Source: Chloroflexota bacterium (GTDB lineage Bacteria > Chloroflexota > Limnocylindria > Limnocylindrales > CSP1-4). From it: a stretch of DNA of 50,729 bases. The notes under the pieces were generated by a model. It made no database searches, was not told the origin of the DNA, and saw only the letters and a program-made list of their open reading frames with translations. Numbering within the stretch: position 1 is the stretch's first letter; each line of letters starts with the position of its first letter. Where the stretch lies: assembly GCA_031407755.1 (NCBI GenBank), contig JANOIS010000033.1, positions 1-50,729 on the forward strand, in the 5' to 3' direction. A program made the translations under genes and the position numbers. Of the stretch, positions 18,133 to 26,806 are shown one piece after another.

Positions 18133-19550
18133 GGCGCCCGACCGATCCGGACCAACCGCCCGATCAGACGGCGCCGTCGCCGGAGGAGATCGAACTCGAG
18201 GGCGCGTTCAGGCATCGCCAGCGCACGACGACGCTCGGCGGCGGCCAGGCCGTGGTCGGCCGCCTGCAACGCCCCGACGAGGTCGCCGAGCCGGTGTTCG
18301 CGCAGCTTGGCAAGCTCGATCCAGGCGACGACGGTGGTCCGGCCCGGTCCGGCGGCGAGGCCACTCCACGCCTCGGCCGAGGCACGATACCGACCCAGCC
18401 GGCGGAGCAGGTGAGCCCTGTCCAGTGCCACCCGCTGAGCGTCCCAGGTCGCCGCGAACGCCGCCGTCCGGTGCCAGCTCGACGGTCCGTGGCCGGCCGG
18501 TCGTGGCGGTCCGCCGAAGTCCGCGCGGGCACGCGGCGACCACCATGGAACGACGGGTACTCGCGGATCCGGCTTGGTCGGTGCGACGATCGTGCTCGTC
18601 CGCGGCTCGAGGTGTGCCCCGTCCGCACGTTCCAGGATCTCGTCCAGGCAGCCGAGGGCCTCTTCGTGCCGTTGCGACCGAGCGAACGCGCGCGCGAGTC
18701 CGGCAACATCGCCGATGGGGGCCGTGCGGCGGGCCGCAGGCGTCGTGTAGCCGCCGTCCAGCAGGGCGACCAGACGGGCGAGAGAGCGGACGTCCTCGTC
18801 GTTGTGGCGAACCACGGCGGCCAGCGGCTCGGCCGGGCCGCCACGCAGGAAACCAAGGTACCGACCCGGGATCTCCCAACCGTCGACGTCGTCGTGGCGC
18901 TCCACCCCGAGCAGGGACCGTTCGACGGTCTGCAGCCGTGCGTCCGCCATGCGGTGCCGGAACAGGCGCCGCACGATCGGGAGCAGGTCCAGGTGGCCGT
19001 CATGGACCGGGGCCGGCCTGCGGGCCATTCGGTAGCGGGTCACGAGCAGCGGCCAGTCGAAGCCCCGGCCGTTGTAGGTCACGAGCCACGCCTTGGGCGG
19101 GATGTGGCGGGCGAGTTCATGGAGCAAGGCGCCCTCATCCGCGTGGTCCGGCAGCAGCAACTGGACCTGCCGGAACGCGTGGCCCTCCCACCAGCCAAGG
19201 CCGATCAGGAACGCCACCGTCCCCGTGGCGGTCGCGAGCCCGGTGGTCTCCGTGTCCAGGCAGACCAGCGGTCTGTCCGGTGGTGGCAGGCCCGGCAGTC
19301 CCGCCAGGCGCTTGCGGTCCACCGGAATCTCTCGCGCGCGGCCCTCGACCCGCACGAACCGACCGGTCTGACTCTCCACGATCTCGCCCTCGAGGGTCGC
19401 GGCGAGCCGCTCGGCAAGGTCCATGCCGGGGATCGGCGCGTGGGGCAGGGGACCGGTCGGATCGATCGCGTTCGTTGTCCGGATGGAAGCCCGGAATCGC
19501 TCGAGGCGGCGAGCCAGCTCCGTGGGCGGCCGTGCCAGCGGGGCGGTCAC
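18000..19550 (-). CDS. RNase H-fold (DnaQ-like) exonuclease with a helical-repeat C-terminal region, MrfB/YprB-like
   Basis: Exo I motif LVCLDTETTGL, followed by YNGRGFDWPLL and HDDVDG. The C-terminal half is Ala/Leu/Arg-rich and TPR-like. GTG 19550 overlaps the helicase stop (GTGA). The last roughly 44 codons run antisense to the iolB 3' end. Confidence 0.75.
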   Translation of the reverse strand: MTAPLARPPTELARRLERFRASIRTTNAIDPTGPLPHAPIPGMDLAERLAATLEGEIVESQTGRFVRVEGRAREIPVDRKRLAGLPGLPPPDRPLVCLDTETTGLATATGTVAFLIGLGWWEGHAFRQVQLLLPDHADEGALLHELARHIPPKAWLVTYNGRGFDWPLLVTRYRMARRPAPVHDGHLDLLPIVRRLFRHRMADARLQTVERSLLGVERHDDVDGWEIPGRYLGFLRGGPAEPLAAVVRHNDEDVRSLARLVALLDGGYTTPAARRTAPIGDVAGLARAFARSQRHEEALGCLDEILERADGAHLEPRTSTIVAPTKPDPRVPVVPWWSPRARADFGGPPRPAGHGPSSWHRTAAFAATWDAQRVALDRAHLLRRLGRYRASAEAWSGLAAGPGRTTVVAWIELAKLREHRLGDLVGALQAADHGLAAAERRRALAMPERALEFDLLRRRRRLIGRLVRIGRAPQLADSPNGTLGSGVMDAQRSRTSSSAGSNEQAIVRRSPARTFR

Positions 19551-21883
19551 GTGGATGTCGCCAACGCACGAGGCGCCCTGGCGGGGCCGGCACTTCGGCC
19601 GGCACTCGCACCGAGCTCGTGCAGCAGGCGGATGGCAAGTGCGCGGGCATCCATTCCCGGCTCGAGCCGCGGACCCGTGCATGCTGGACAGCCGCCGTCG
19701 CAGCCGCAGCCCGCGATGAGGTTCGCCGCTCCGGCCAGCAGCTCATCATGCCGCTCCCACAGGCGCGCTGCCAGACCGATCCCGCCGGGCACCGCCTCGT
19801 ACAGGTAGATCGTCGGTTGCTCCGCATGTGGCGAGCGGACCTGCGTGACGAGGCCCAGATCGCGCGGATCCACCATGAGCAGGACCGCGGCGATGGTCTG
19901 GATGGCTCGGCCGGCACCCAGCAGGGCGACGTCGAGATCGTCGCGGCGCCAGTGGTCGCGGACGCGGTCCGCGGTCAGCCAGTAGGCGGTGGTCTGAAGT
20001 TCCAGCTCGGGTAGATCGATCGGGCCCCAGCCGACATTCTCGTCGGTCAGGAAACGGAGCTTCTTGAACAGCGTCACAAGACTCGCCACCATGACCTCGC
20101 CGTGGCGCCGAACGCCGCCGGTTGCTTCGGCCTCGGCGAAGACGTCCAGCGGTTTGAGCGTCACCGCGCGGTTCGCGTAGGTGTAGTGATCGACGTCCAC
20201 CCGGTGCACATAGGCCTTGCGCTCACCCCATTCCAGGCGGTCGACGTGGTACTGGACGGACTCGTGGATGTAGATCGCCCGTTCATGGACGAGGACCTGG
20301 GCGCTGAACAGGTCCACCTCACCCAGTACGCGCGGCCGGTCCGGGCTCGTGTCGATGATCACGACGTTCTCCGGTGCCGCGGTCCGCAGCGAGATCTCCG
20401 ACGCAGGAAAGTTCTCGCTGGACCAGTACCAGCGGCCGTCCCCTGCCTGGCGGACGTGGTTTTCCTCCGCGAGGAAGGCGAGCAGGTCGTCCGCGGGTCC
20501 CGGTCCGAAGACCTCGCCGGGATCGAATGGCAGCTCGAATGTGGCCGCGCGGAGATGAGCCAGCAGGACGTGCAGGTTGTCCGGGTCGAGGCGCGCCTCC
20601 TCCGGGGCGCCATCCAGCAGGAACTCGGGGTGATGGATGACGTACTGATCCACCGGGGCGCCGGACGCCACGAGGATGGCCACGCTCGTCCCGAGGCGCC
20701 GGCCGGCCCGGCCGAACTGCTGCCAGGTCGCCGCTACGGATCCCGGATAGCCGGCCAGGATGGCGACGTCCAGTCGCCCGATGTCCACCCCGAGTTCCAG
20801 CGCATTCGTGGCGACCACGCCGAGGATCTCGCCGTCGCGGAGGCCATGCTCGATGGCCCGCCGCTCCGTGGGCAGATAGCCGCCGCGATAGCCCCGAACG
20901 CGGTTGCGTGGACCGTAGTTCTCGCGCAGGGATTCACGAAGGCCGGTCAGCAGCAGTTCCACGGCGACGCGCGACCGACCGAACACGATCGTCTGGCGCC
21001 CGGCCCGCAGAAACGGCAGCGCCCAGCGCTGTGCGAGCGTCACCGCCGACGACCGCGCGCCGCTCGCTCGTTCCAGTATCGGCGGATCCACCAGCAGCAC
21101 GTGCCGCACCCCAGCCGGCGCCCCGTTCCTGTCCACCAGGCGCGCCGGGCGACCGGTCAGCATCGCGGCCAGCTCGCCGGGATTCCCGATGGTGGCCGAG
21201 CAGCACACGATGAGCGGCCGGCTGCCGTAGTGGGCGCAGATCCGCAGGAGCCGGCGCAGGACGTTGGCGACATGCCCTCCGAACACGCCGCGGTAGGTAT
21301 GCAGCTCGTCGATGACGATGAGCTTGAGCTGCTCGAACAGCTGAAACCACTTGGTGTGGTGGGGCAGGATCGCGGAATGCAGCATGTCCGGGTTGGTCAC
21401 CACGATCTGGCCAGCGGCACGTACCGCCGAACGGATCGGAGCCGGCGTGTCCCCGTCGTAGGTCGAGGTGATGATCGAGAGGCCAGCTGCCGCCGACAGC
21501 GCGCCGAATTCCGTGACTTGGTCCTGCCCGAGTGCCTTGGTCGGGAAGAGGAACAGGGCCCTCGAGGCCGGATCCTCGGCGATGGCCTGCAGGGCGGGCA
21601 GGGCGTAGCACAGGGACTTGCCCGAAGCGGTGGGCGTCACGACCACGACATCCTGCCCGGCGTGGATCGCTTCGATGGCTTCCGCCTGGTGGACATACAA
21701 CTCATGGATCCCGCGCGACGCCAGGCCGGTCACGATCCGTGGGTCCAGCCACCCAGGCATCGGGGCATGAACGGCGTCCCGGGCGGGGATGATCTCGTGG
21801 TGGACCACGCCGCGCGCCAGCGATGGTTCCGCAAGCAGGTCCGTGAGGACCGAGGCAGGATCGGCCGGGGCGTAGGTGCGCAT
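19547..21883 (-). CDS. DEAD/DEAH-box helicase with a DUF1998 (MrfA/YprA-type) C-terminal zinc module
   Basis: Motif I TPTASGKS, motif II DELH, a helicase C domain, and a C-terminal four-Cys cluster CGCDGGCPAC. Length is 778 aa. Confidence 0.88.
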   Translation of the reverse strand: MRTYAPADPASVLTDLLAEPSLARGVVHHEIIPARDAVHAPMPGWLDPRIVTGLASRGIHELYVHQAEAIEAIHAGQDVVVVTPTASGKSLCYALPALQAIAEDPASRALFLFPTKALGQDQVTEFGALSAAAGLSIITSTYDGDTPAPIRSAVRAAGQIVVTNPDMLHSAILPHHTKWFQLFEQLKLIVIDELHTYRGVFGGHVANVLRRLLRICAHYGSRPLIVCCSATIGNPGELAAMLTGRPARLVDRNGAPAGVRHVLLVDPPILERASGARSSAVTLAQRWALPFLRAGRQTIVFGRSRVAVELLLTGLRESLRENYGPRNRVRGYRGGYLPTERRAIEHGLRDGEILGVVATNALELGVDIGRLDVAILAGYPGSVAATWQQFGRAGRRLGTSVAILVASGAPVDQYVIHHPEFLLDGAPEEARLDPDNLHVLLAHLRAATFELPFDPGEVFGPGPADDLLAFLAEENHVRQAGDGRWYWSSENFPASEISLRTAAPENVVIIDTSPDRPRVLGEVDLFSAQVLVHERAIYIHESVQYHVDRLEWGERKAYVHRVDVDHYTYANRAVTLKPLDVFAEAEATGGVRRHGEVMVASLVTLFKKLRFLTDENVGWGPIDLPELELQTTAYWLTADRVRDHWRRDDLDVALLGAGRAIQTIAAVLLMVDPRDLGLVTQVRSPHAEQPTIYLYEAVPGGIGLAARLWERHDELLAGAANLIAGCGCDGGCPACTGPRLEPGMDARALAIRLLHELGASAGRSAGPARAPRALATST

Positions 21884-21909
21884 GGCCTGCTGTCCTCATC
21901 AAGGTGAAT

Positions 21910-21923
21910 CGAACGAATGTTCG
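21910..21923. promoter_or_regulatory. LexA (SOS / Cheo-type) box CGAAC-GAAT-GTTCG
   Basis: Perfect GAAC-N4-GTTC inverted repeat with flanking C/G, lying 27-40 nt upstream of helicase start codon 21883. On the minus strand it sits just downstream of a TAGACT -10-like hexamer at 21940-21935. Confidence 0.6.
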
Positions 21924-21989
21924 GAATGGCTGAGAGTCTAGCCGCAGGCTGGCGCGCTCGTGCGACAGCTCGTCTGTCACGACCTCAGG

Positions 21990-22018
21990 TTGACATGCCT
22001 CCTGAACGTAGCTACGCT
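21990..22018 (+). promoter_or_regulatory. Sigma-70-type promoter TTGACA-17 nt-TACGCT
   Basis: Consensus -35 at 21990-21995, a 17-nt spacer and -10 TACGCT at 22013-22018. ATG 22026 lies 7 nt downstream, so the transcript would be leaderless. Confidence 0.55.
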
Positions 22019-22025
22019 CGCCGCC

Positions 22026-22529
22026 ATGTCCCGCTGGTCAGCCCCCGACTTCGTCGACGACGCCCCCGACCAGGATCCCGGTGCGCCCGTAAACGGAGCG
22101 CCAGGGATGACCGTCGCGGCCGATCTCGCCGGCCTGTCCATCGCGGGCATCACCCGCCGACGGATGACCATCCTCACGAGCGTATTGCTGGCATCCCTCA
22201 TCGTCGTTGCATTCGTACGCCAGGTCGGGGAGGCCGCCGACGCCACGACGCGGGCCGAGCACATCGCGTCCGCGAACGCAGCGATGCGCATCGAGGTCGC
22301 CGGTCTCGAGCGCGAGCTCGACCTCATCGGCCGCCAGCGCTACATCGAACAGCAGGCGCGCGCCTACGGCCTCGGGACGTCGCGTGAGGTCCCGTTCACG
22401 CTGGCCGCCGATGCCCCACCATTGCCCGCTGACGCACCGGGTTCGGCCGCGGTCCGGGTCGGTGCCTCGATCGACGCCGTCACCCCGCTCGAACGCTGGC
22501 TGACGGTCCTCTTCGGACCGGACTCCTAG
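22026..22529 (+). CDS. Septum formation initiator family protein (FtsB/DivIC-like)
   Basis: A single transmembrane segment (ILTSVLLASLIVVAF), then a coiled coil and the YIEQQARAYGLG...REVPF motif typical of FtsB/DivIC. The start is chosen from the promoter geometry. Confidence 0.7.
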   Translation: MSRWSAPDFVDDAPDQDPGAPVNGAPGMTVAADLAGLSIAGITRRRMTILTSVLLASLIVVAFVRQVGEAADATTRAEHIASANAAMRIEVAGLERELDLIGRQRYIEQQARAYGLGTSREVPFTLAADAPPLPADAPGSAAVRVGASIDAVTPLERWLTVLFGPDS

Positions 22530-22691
22530 GCCTGCCGCGTCGGTCGATTCGAACGAACTCAAGTCGTCTGGTCGGACAGTCCTGCACGACCACAGCCGGA
22601 AAGAAGCTGATTCGGCGCCGCTGATGGGCACGCCGTCACCTATCCTGTCATCCCGACGCTTTTGCGCCGGTCGAGGGAGGCCACGGCGCCG

Positions 22692-23249
22692 ATGTTCGAT
22701 ATCCCCGTTGAAGACTTCGTCTTCGTCGTCTGTGCGCTGGTCGGCGGCGGTCTGCTGTTGATCACCGTCCTGGTCGATGATATCCTCGGCGCCGTATTCA
22801 ACCTCGACGTCGGCGGTGTCAGCCTGATGCCGCTGCTGCTCTCGTTCGTGTCCATGTTCGGGGTCGGCGGGCTGTTCGCGACCCAGATCCTCGACGTGCA
22901 CGGCGGCCAGGCGGCCGCCTGGGGCGGTGGGTTCGGTCTGGCCGGTCTCGGCATCGCCTTCACACTTTTCAGCACCCTGCGCCGTGCGGAGGCGGATGAA
23001 CCGTTCTCGACGCGCGATCTGATCGGACACGAGGCGTACGTCCAGATCGGCATCCCGGCCGGTCGCCAGGGGAGCGTCCTGGTCAAGGCCGAGGGTCAGA
23101 CGCATGAATTCAGCGCAACGGCGTCGATGGACATCGCATCCGGGACGGTCGCCCGCGTCACGGGCGTCGGGGGAACCGGGCTCATCGTGGAACCAATGAC
23201 TCCGCCCGCTGCGGCAGTGACGACGAACGAGGGAGGCACGGATGTTTGA
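22692..23249 (+). CDS. NfeD-like membrane protein (flotillin-associated)
   Basis: Hydrophobic N-terminal half, then a C-terminal OB-like segment (GHEAYVQIGIPAGRQGSVLVKAEGQTHEFSA...VARV). It overlaps the flotillin start by 8 nt. Confidence 0.65.
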   Translation: MFDIPVEDFVFVVCALVGGGLLLITVLVDDILGAVFNLDVGGVSLMPLLLSFVSMFGVGGLFATQILDVHGGQAAAWGGGFGLAGLGIAFTLFSTLRRAEADEPFSTRDLIGHEAYVQIGIPAGRQGSVLVKAEGQTHEFSATASMDIASGTVARVTGVGGTGLIVEPMTPPAAAVTTNEGGTDV

Positions 23250-25260
23250 CCAGCTGTTCGATTTCATCGGCGGCGGGGTGGTCCCGATCTTCCTGATCAT
23301 CATCGTCGTGGTCCTGATCGTCAGTTACATCGGCAGCCGCTACAAGGTGGCCGGAGCCAACGAGGCCCTCGTGGTCAGCGGCCAGCGCGACCGCTCGCCG
23401 GACGGCCAGAAGAACCTCAAGGTGGTACGTGGCGGCGGGGTCATCGTGCTGCCCCTCGTTCACAAGGTCGGCAAGCTCAAGCTGACCGCTCGCCAGATCA
23501 ACGTGAATCTGGCTGACGCGGTCACCCGCCAGGGCATCAAGGTCGCGGTCCAGGGCGTGGCCACGTTCAAGATCGGGGCGGACGACGAGTCCATCCGTAA
23601 CGCTGCGGAACGATTCCTCGAGTCGCAGGAGGAGGCGGTCGATTCTATCGTCAAGAATGTCCTTGAAGGCTCGCTCCGATCGATCGTCGGCACGCTGACG
23701 GTCGAGGAGCTCAACCTTGACCGGATGAAGTTCCAGCAGGCCGTCCAGGACGCTGCCAAGGGTGACCTCGCCACATCCGGCCTCCAGATCGACTCGTTCA
23801 CGATCCAGGCGATTCGCGACGAGTCCGGCTACATGGAGCTGATCGGTCAACAGGAGACCGCCCGCCGTGAGCGGGACGCGCGGATAGCCAAGGCGTCCGC
23901 GGACCAGGAAGCCGCGGTCCGCGAGGCCGAGGCGGAGCAGATCAAGATCAACGCTGCCCGCGACGTGGCCCTGCGCCGCGCGGAAACCGAGACCCAGACC
24001 GCCGCGGCCCAGGCACGGGCTGCCCAGGCTGGACCTCTGGCCGAGGCCGAGGCGACCCAGGAGGTCACCCGCAAACAGACCGAACTCGCGGGGCTCGAAG
24101 CCGCGCGCAAGGAGCAGGAGCTCATCGCGACGATCGTCCGACCGGCAGAGGCCGAGGCCGCGGCCCAGATCCGGCGGGCCGAGGGAGCGAAAGGCGCCGC
24201 GATCGCCCACGCCCAAGGGGAGGCGGAGCGGGTGAAGCTCGCCGGCGAGGCCCAGGCCCGCGTGGTCGAGGTGACCGCTGAAGCGGTGGCCATGCAGACG
24301 ACCCTCGAGGGCAACGCCGAGGCCGGAATCGTGCTGTCCAAGGGTGAGGCGGAGGCAAGAGCCCTTGCCCTGCGCGCCGACGCCTACCGCCAGTTCAACG
24401 AGGCGGCGATCATCCAGACCGTGCTGTCCATGCTGCCGGACATCGTCCGCGCGGCCGCCGAGCCGATGGCCAATATCGATCATCTGACGGTCCTCTCGAA
24501 CGACGGGGCGTCGGACCTCGTGCGGAACGTGACCCGGACCGTCGCCGAGGCCGGCGCCACGGTCAAGGGCCTGACCGGGATCGATATCCCGGACCTGATC
24601 AACCAGGCGATGGGTACGGCCGGCGGTGGCGGAGGCACGACCGGCGGCGGTAGTGGTGGCGGTGCGCGCGGCGATCGACCGCGACCCTCGGGCGGGCCGT
24701 CTGGCAGCGGTGGCACGGGCGGCAGGAGCACGACCAATGGCGGCACGACTGCCTCGTCTGGCGGCTCGATACCCGCCCCCGCGTCAACGCCACCATCGAC
24801 ACCGTCCTCAGCGTCGTCATCGGCCGCAGGCGCGGCCGACGGCACCGCGGTCGGATCGAACGGCGGCACGACACCGCCGCGGTTCGCCACCCCTGAGGCG
24901 GTCGACGCCGCCATCACGGATGCGGAGCGGGCCGTTCGGGCCGCGGCCGCGAAACCCACCCCGACGTCAGACACGGCCGCGGGTCCGCCACGACCGGCGC
25001 GCTCGGCAGGCGCCGCCAGCGCGGACATCACGCGCGCGACGACGATCGACGATGCGGCCACCCGACTCGCAACGGATCTGCGCTCCGTCCCCGGGATCGA
25101 GCGCTTCGCTTCGGTCCGCCTCGCCGAACTGGATCGTGCGGGTCCCAGGCCCCTGCGCACGATGTGGCGAGTCGTCCGCGAGCAGCTCGATGAGCGCTAC
25201 GGCCAGCTGACGATCGGCGAACTGATCGACCGCTACGGCAGTACCGGCCGAACCAGCTGA
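23242..25260 (+). CDS. Flotillin (SPFH/Band-7 family) with a long low-complexity C-terminal extension
   Basis: N-terminal transmembrane hairpin, an SPFH domain and an extended EA-rich flotillin coiled coil (AEAEQIKINAAR, AAQARAAQAG). These are followed by roughly 140 aa of Gly/Ser/Thr/Pro/Ala-rich sequence and a short helical tail. Confidence 0.88.
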   Translation: MFDQLFDFIGGGVVPIFLIIIVVVLIVSYIGSRYKVAGANEALVVSGQRDRSPDGQKNLKVVRGGGVIVLPLVHKVGKLKLTARQINVNLADAVTRQGIKVAVQGVATFKIGADDESIRNAAERFLESQEEAVDSIVKNVLEGSLRSIVGTLTVEELNLDRMKFQQAVQDAAKGDLATSGLQIDSFTIQAIRDESGYMELIGQQETARRERDARIAKASADQEAAVREAEAEQIKINAARDVALRRAETETQTAAAQARAAQAGPLAEAEATQEVTRKQTELAGLEAARKEQELIATIVRPAEAEAAAQIRRAEGAKGAAIAHAQGEAERVKLAGEAQARVVEVTAEAVAMQTTLEGNAEAGIVLSKGEAEARALALRADAYRQFNEAAIIQTVLSMLPDIVRAAAEPMANIDHLTVLSNDGASDLVRNVTRTVAEAGATVKGLTGIDIPDLINQAMGTAGGGGGTTGGGSGGGARGDRPRPSGGPSGSGGTGGRSTTNGGTTASSGGSIPAPASTPPSTPSSASSSAAGAADGTAVGSNGGTTPPRFATPEAVDAAITDAERAVRAAAAKPTPTSDTAAGPPRPARSAGAASADITRATTIDDAATRLATDLRSVPGIERFASVRLAELDRAGPRPLRTMWRVVREQLDERYGQLTIGELIDRYGSTGRTS

Positions 25261-25267
25261 GCGGTCA

Positions 25268-25792
25268 GTGAACGTGACCGATGGCCTGGCGAGTGACGGC
25301 GAGTTTGCCCGCCTGCTCGCCGAAAACCAGCGCTACACGGACGCGTTCGACCGCTCGGCCCTGACGGCAGCGCCACTCAGCGGGATCGCCATCGTGGCAT
25401 GCATGGATGCCCGGCTCGATGTCGAGGAGACGCTGGGCCTCCGGACCGGTGATGCGCACATCATCCGCAATGCCGGCGGGCTTGTCACGGACGACGTGAT
25501 CCGTTCGCTCATCGTCAGCCAGCAACTCCTCGGAACGGACCAGATCGTGCTCATCCAGCACACCGGTTGCGGCCTGCACAATGCCGACGAAGACGACATC
25601 CGCGAGCGCGTGGCCGCGACTGCGGGCGTCACCCGCGACGACGTGCCCATCGTGTTCGGCAGTTTTACGGATCTCGCGGCGAGCGTGCGGGATCAGGTCG
25701 CGATCCTGCGCTCGCACCAGCTCCTGCGCCGCGTGCCAGTCCATGGCCTGGTGTTCGACGTCTCGACGGGCCGCCTGCACGAGGTGACCTGA
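25268..25792 (+). CDS. Beta-class carbonic anhydrase
   Basis: Zinc-ligand and catalytic motifs VACMDARLD (Cys, Asp, Arg) and IQHTGCG (His, Cys). 174 aa with a GTG start. Confidence 0.88.
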   Translation: MNVTDGLASDGEFARLLAENQRYTDAFDRSALTAAPLSGIAIVACMDARLDVEETLGLRTGDAHIIRNAGGLVTDDVIRSLIVSQQLLGTDQIVLIQHTGCGLHNADEDDIRERVAATAGVTRDDVPIVFGSFTDLAASVRDQVAILRSHQLLRRVPVHGLVFDVSTGRLHEVT

Positions 25793-25912
25793 TCGTTCCG
25801 GGTTCGCCCCGCGATACGGCTGCAAGGCGGCTTGCCCCCGTTGCGACGCTGAGGCGAGTGACGGACGGACTACCCTCGGCCGGGGCATGATCCAACGAGG
25901 GACGACCAGACC

Positions 25913-26803
25913 ATGAAGTGGAAACGCAATACCGGTTTCGATCGTATCGAGGATCGGCGCGGCCAGAGCGGTGGGGGCGGTGGCGGCTTCGGTGGCATGC
26001 TCGGCGGTGGCGGAGACGGCGGAGGCCTACCGTTTCCGATCCCCGGTGGCAAGGCTGGCGGCGGGATCGGCGGGATCATCATCGTCGTGGTCATCTTCCT
26101 GCTGACCAGCGGCATCCTTGGCGGCGGCTCGGGGCTCTCGGGCGGTGGTGGCGAGCCGGGCGGCACCCTGAACCCACAGAGCGATACCGACCAGCAGCTG
26201 GGCTCCATCGTCGAATCGATCGAGACGTTCTGGGCGGCCGAGTTCCAGGCCGCGGGCCGGGATTATCCGGAGACCAAGCTCGTCCTGTTCGAGCAATCGA
26301 CCCAGTCGGCCTGCGGTCCGGCATCGTCAGCCACCGGGCCGTTCTATTGCCCCGCCGACCAGAAGATCTACCTGGACCTCGCCTTCTTCGACGAGCTCAA
26401 GTCGCGCTTCGGGGCGAAGGGCGGCGATACCGCGATGGCCTACGTGGTCGCCCACGAGTACGGCCATCACGTCCAGACGGCCCTCGGGGTCTCCCAGTTC
26501 GTGCAGGACCAGACCCAGCAGGATCCATCCCGCCAGAACGAGCTGTCCGTCCTCCAGGAACTCCAGGCAGACTGCCTGGCCGGAGTGTGGATCAAGTCCG
26601 AGCAGGCCAACCTGGAGGCCGGAGACATCGATGAAGCGCTCAGCGCAGCATCGGCGGTCGGTGACGACCGGATCCAGGAGTCAACGACCGGCCGGGTGAA
26701 CCCGGAGAACTGGACGCACGGCTCCGCCGAGCAGCGATCCAAGTGGTTCACGACCGGCTACACCAGCGGCGTGACCGACGACTGCGACACGTTCGCCGCG
26801 TAA
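25913..26803 (+). CDS. YpfJ-family putative neutral zinc metallopeptidase
   Basis: Gly-rich N-terminus, one transmembrane segment, GPFYCPADQKIYLD and the HExxH motif VVAHEYGHHVQ. GAGGGA lies upstream of the ATG. Confidence 0.85.
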   Translation: MKWKRNTGFDRIEDRRGQSGGGGGGFGGMLGGGGDGGGLPFPIPGGKAGGGIGGIIIVVVIFLLTSGILGGGSGLSGGGGEPGGTLNPQSDTDQQLGSIVESIETFWAAEFQAAGRDYPETKLVLFEQSTQSACGPASSATGPFYCPADQKIYLDLAFFDELKSRFGAKGGDTAMAYVVAHEYGHHVQTALGVSQFVQDQTQQDPSRQNELSVLQELQADCLAGVWIKSEQANLEAGDIDEALSAASAVGDDRIQESTTGRVNPENWTHGSAEQRSKWFTTGYTSGVTDDCDTFAA

Positions 26804-26806
26804 CCG

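Noticed and set aside
20102-21907. 601-aa plus-strand ORF
   Set aside because: It is antisense to the DEAH helicase gene. It has no motifs and an Arg-rich composition.
22038-23303. 421-aa minus-strand ORF
   Set aside because: It is antisense to the FtsB-like and NfeD-like genes. It has no recognisable domain, and its composition reflects the antisense frame.
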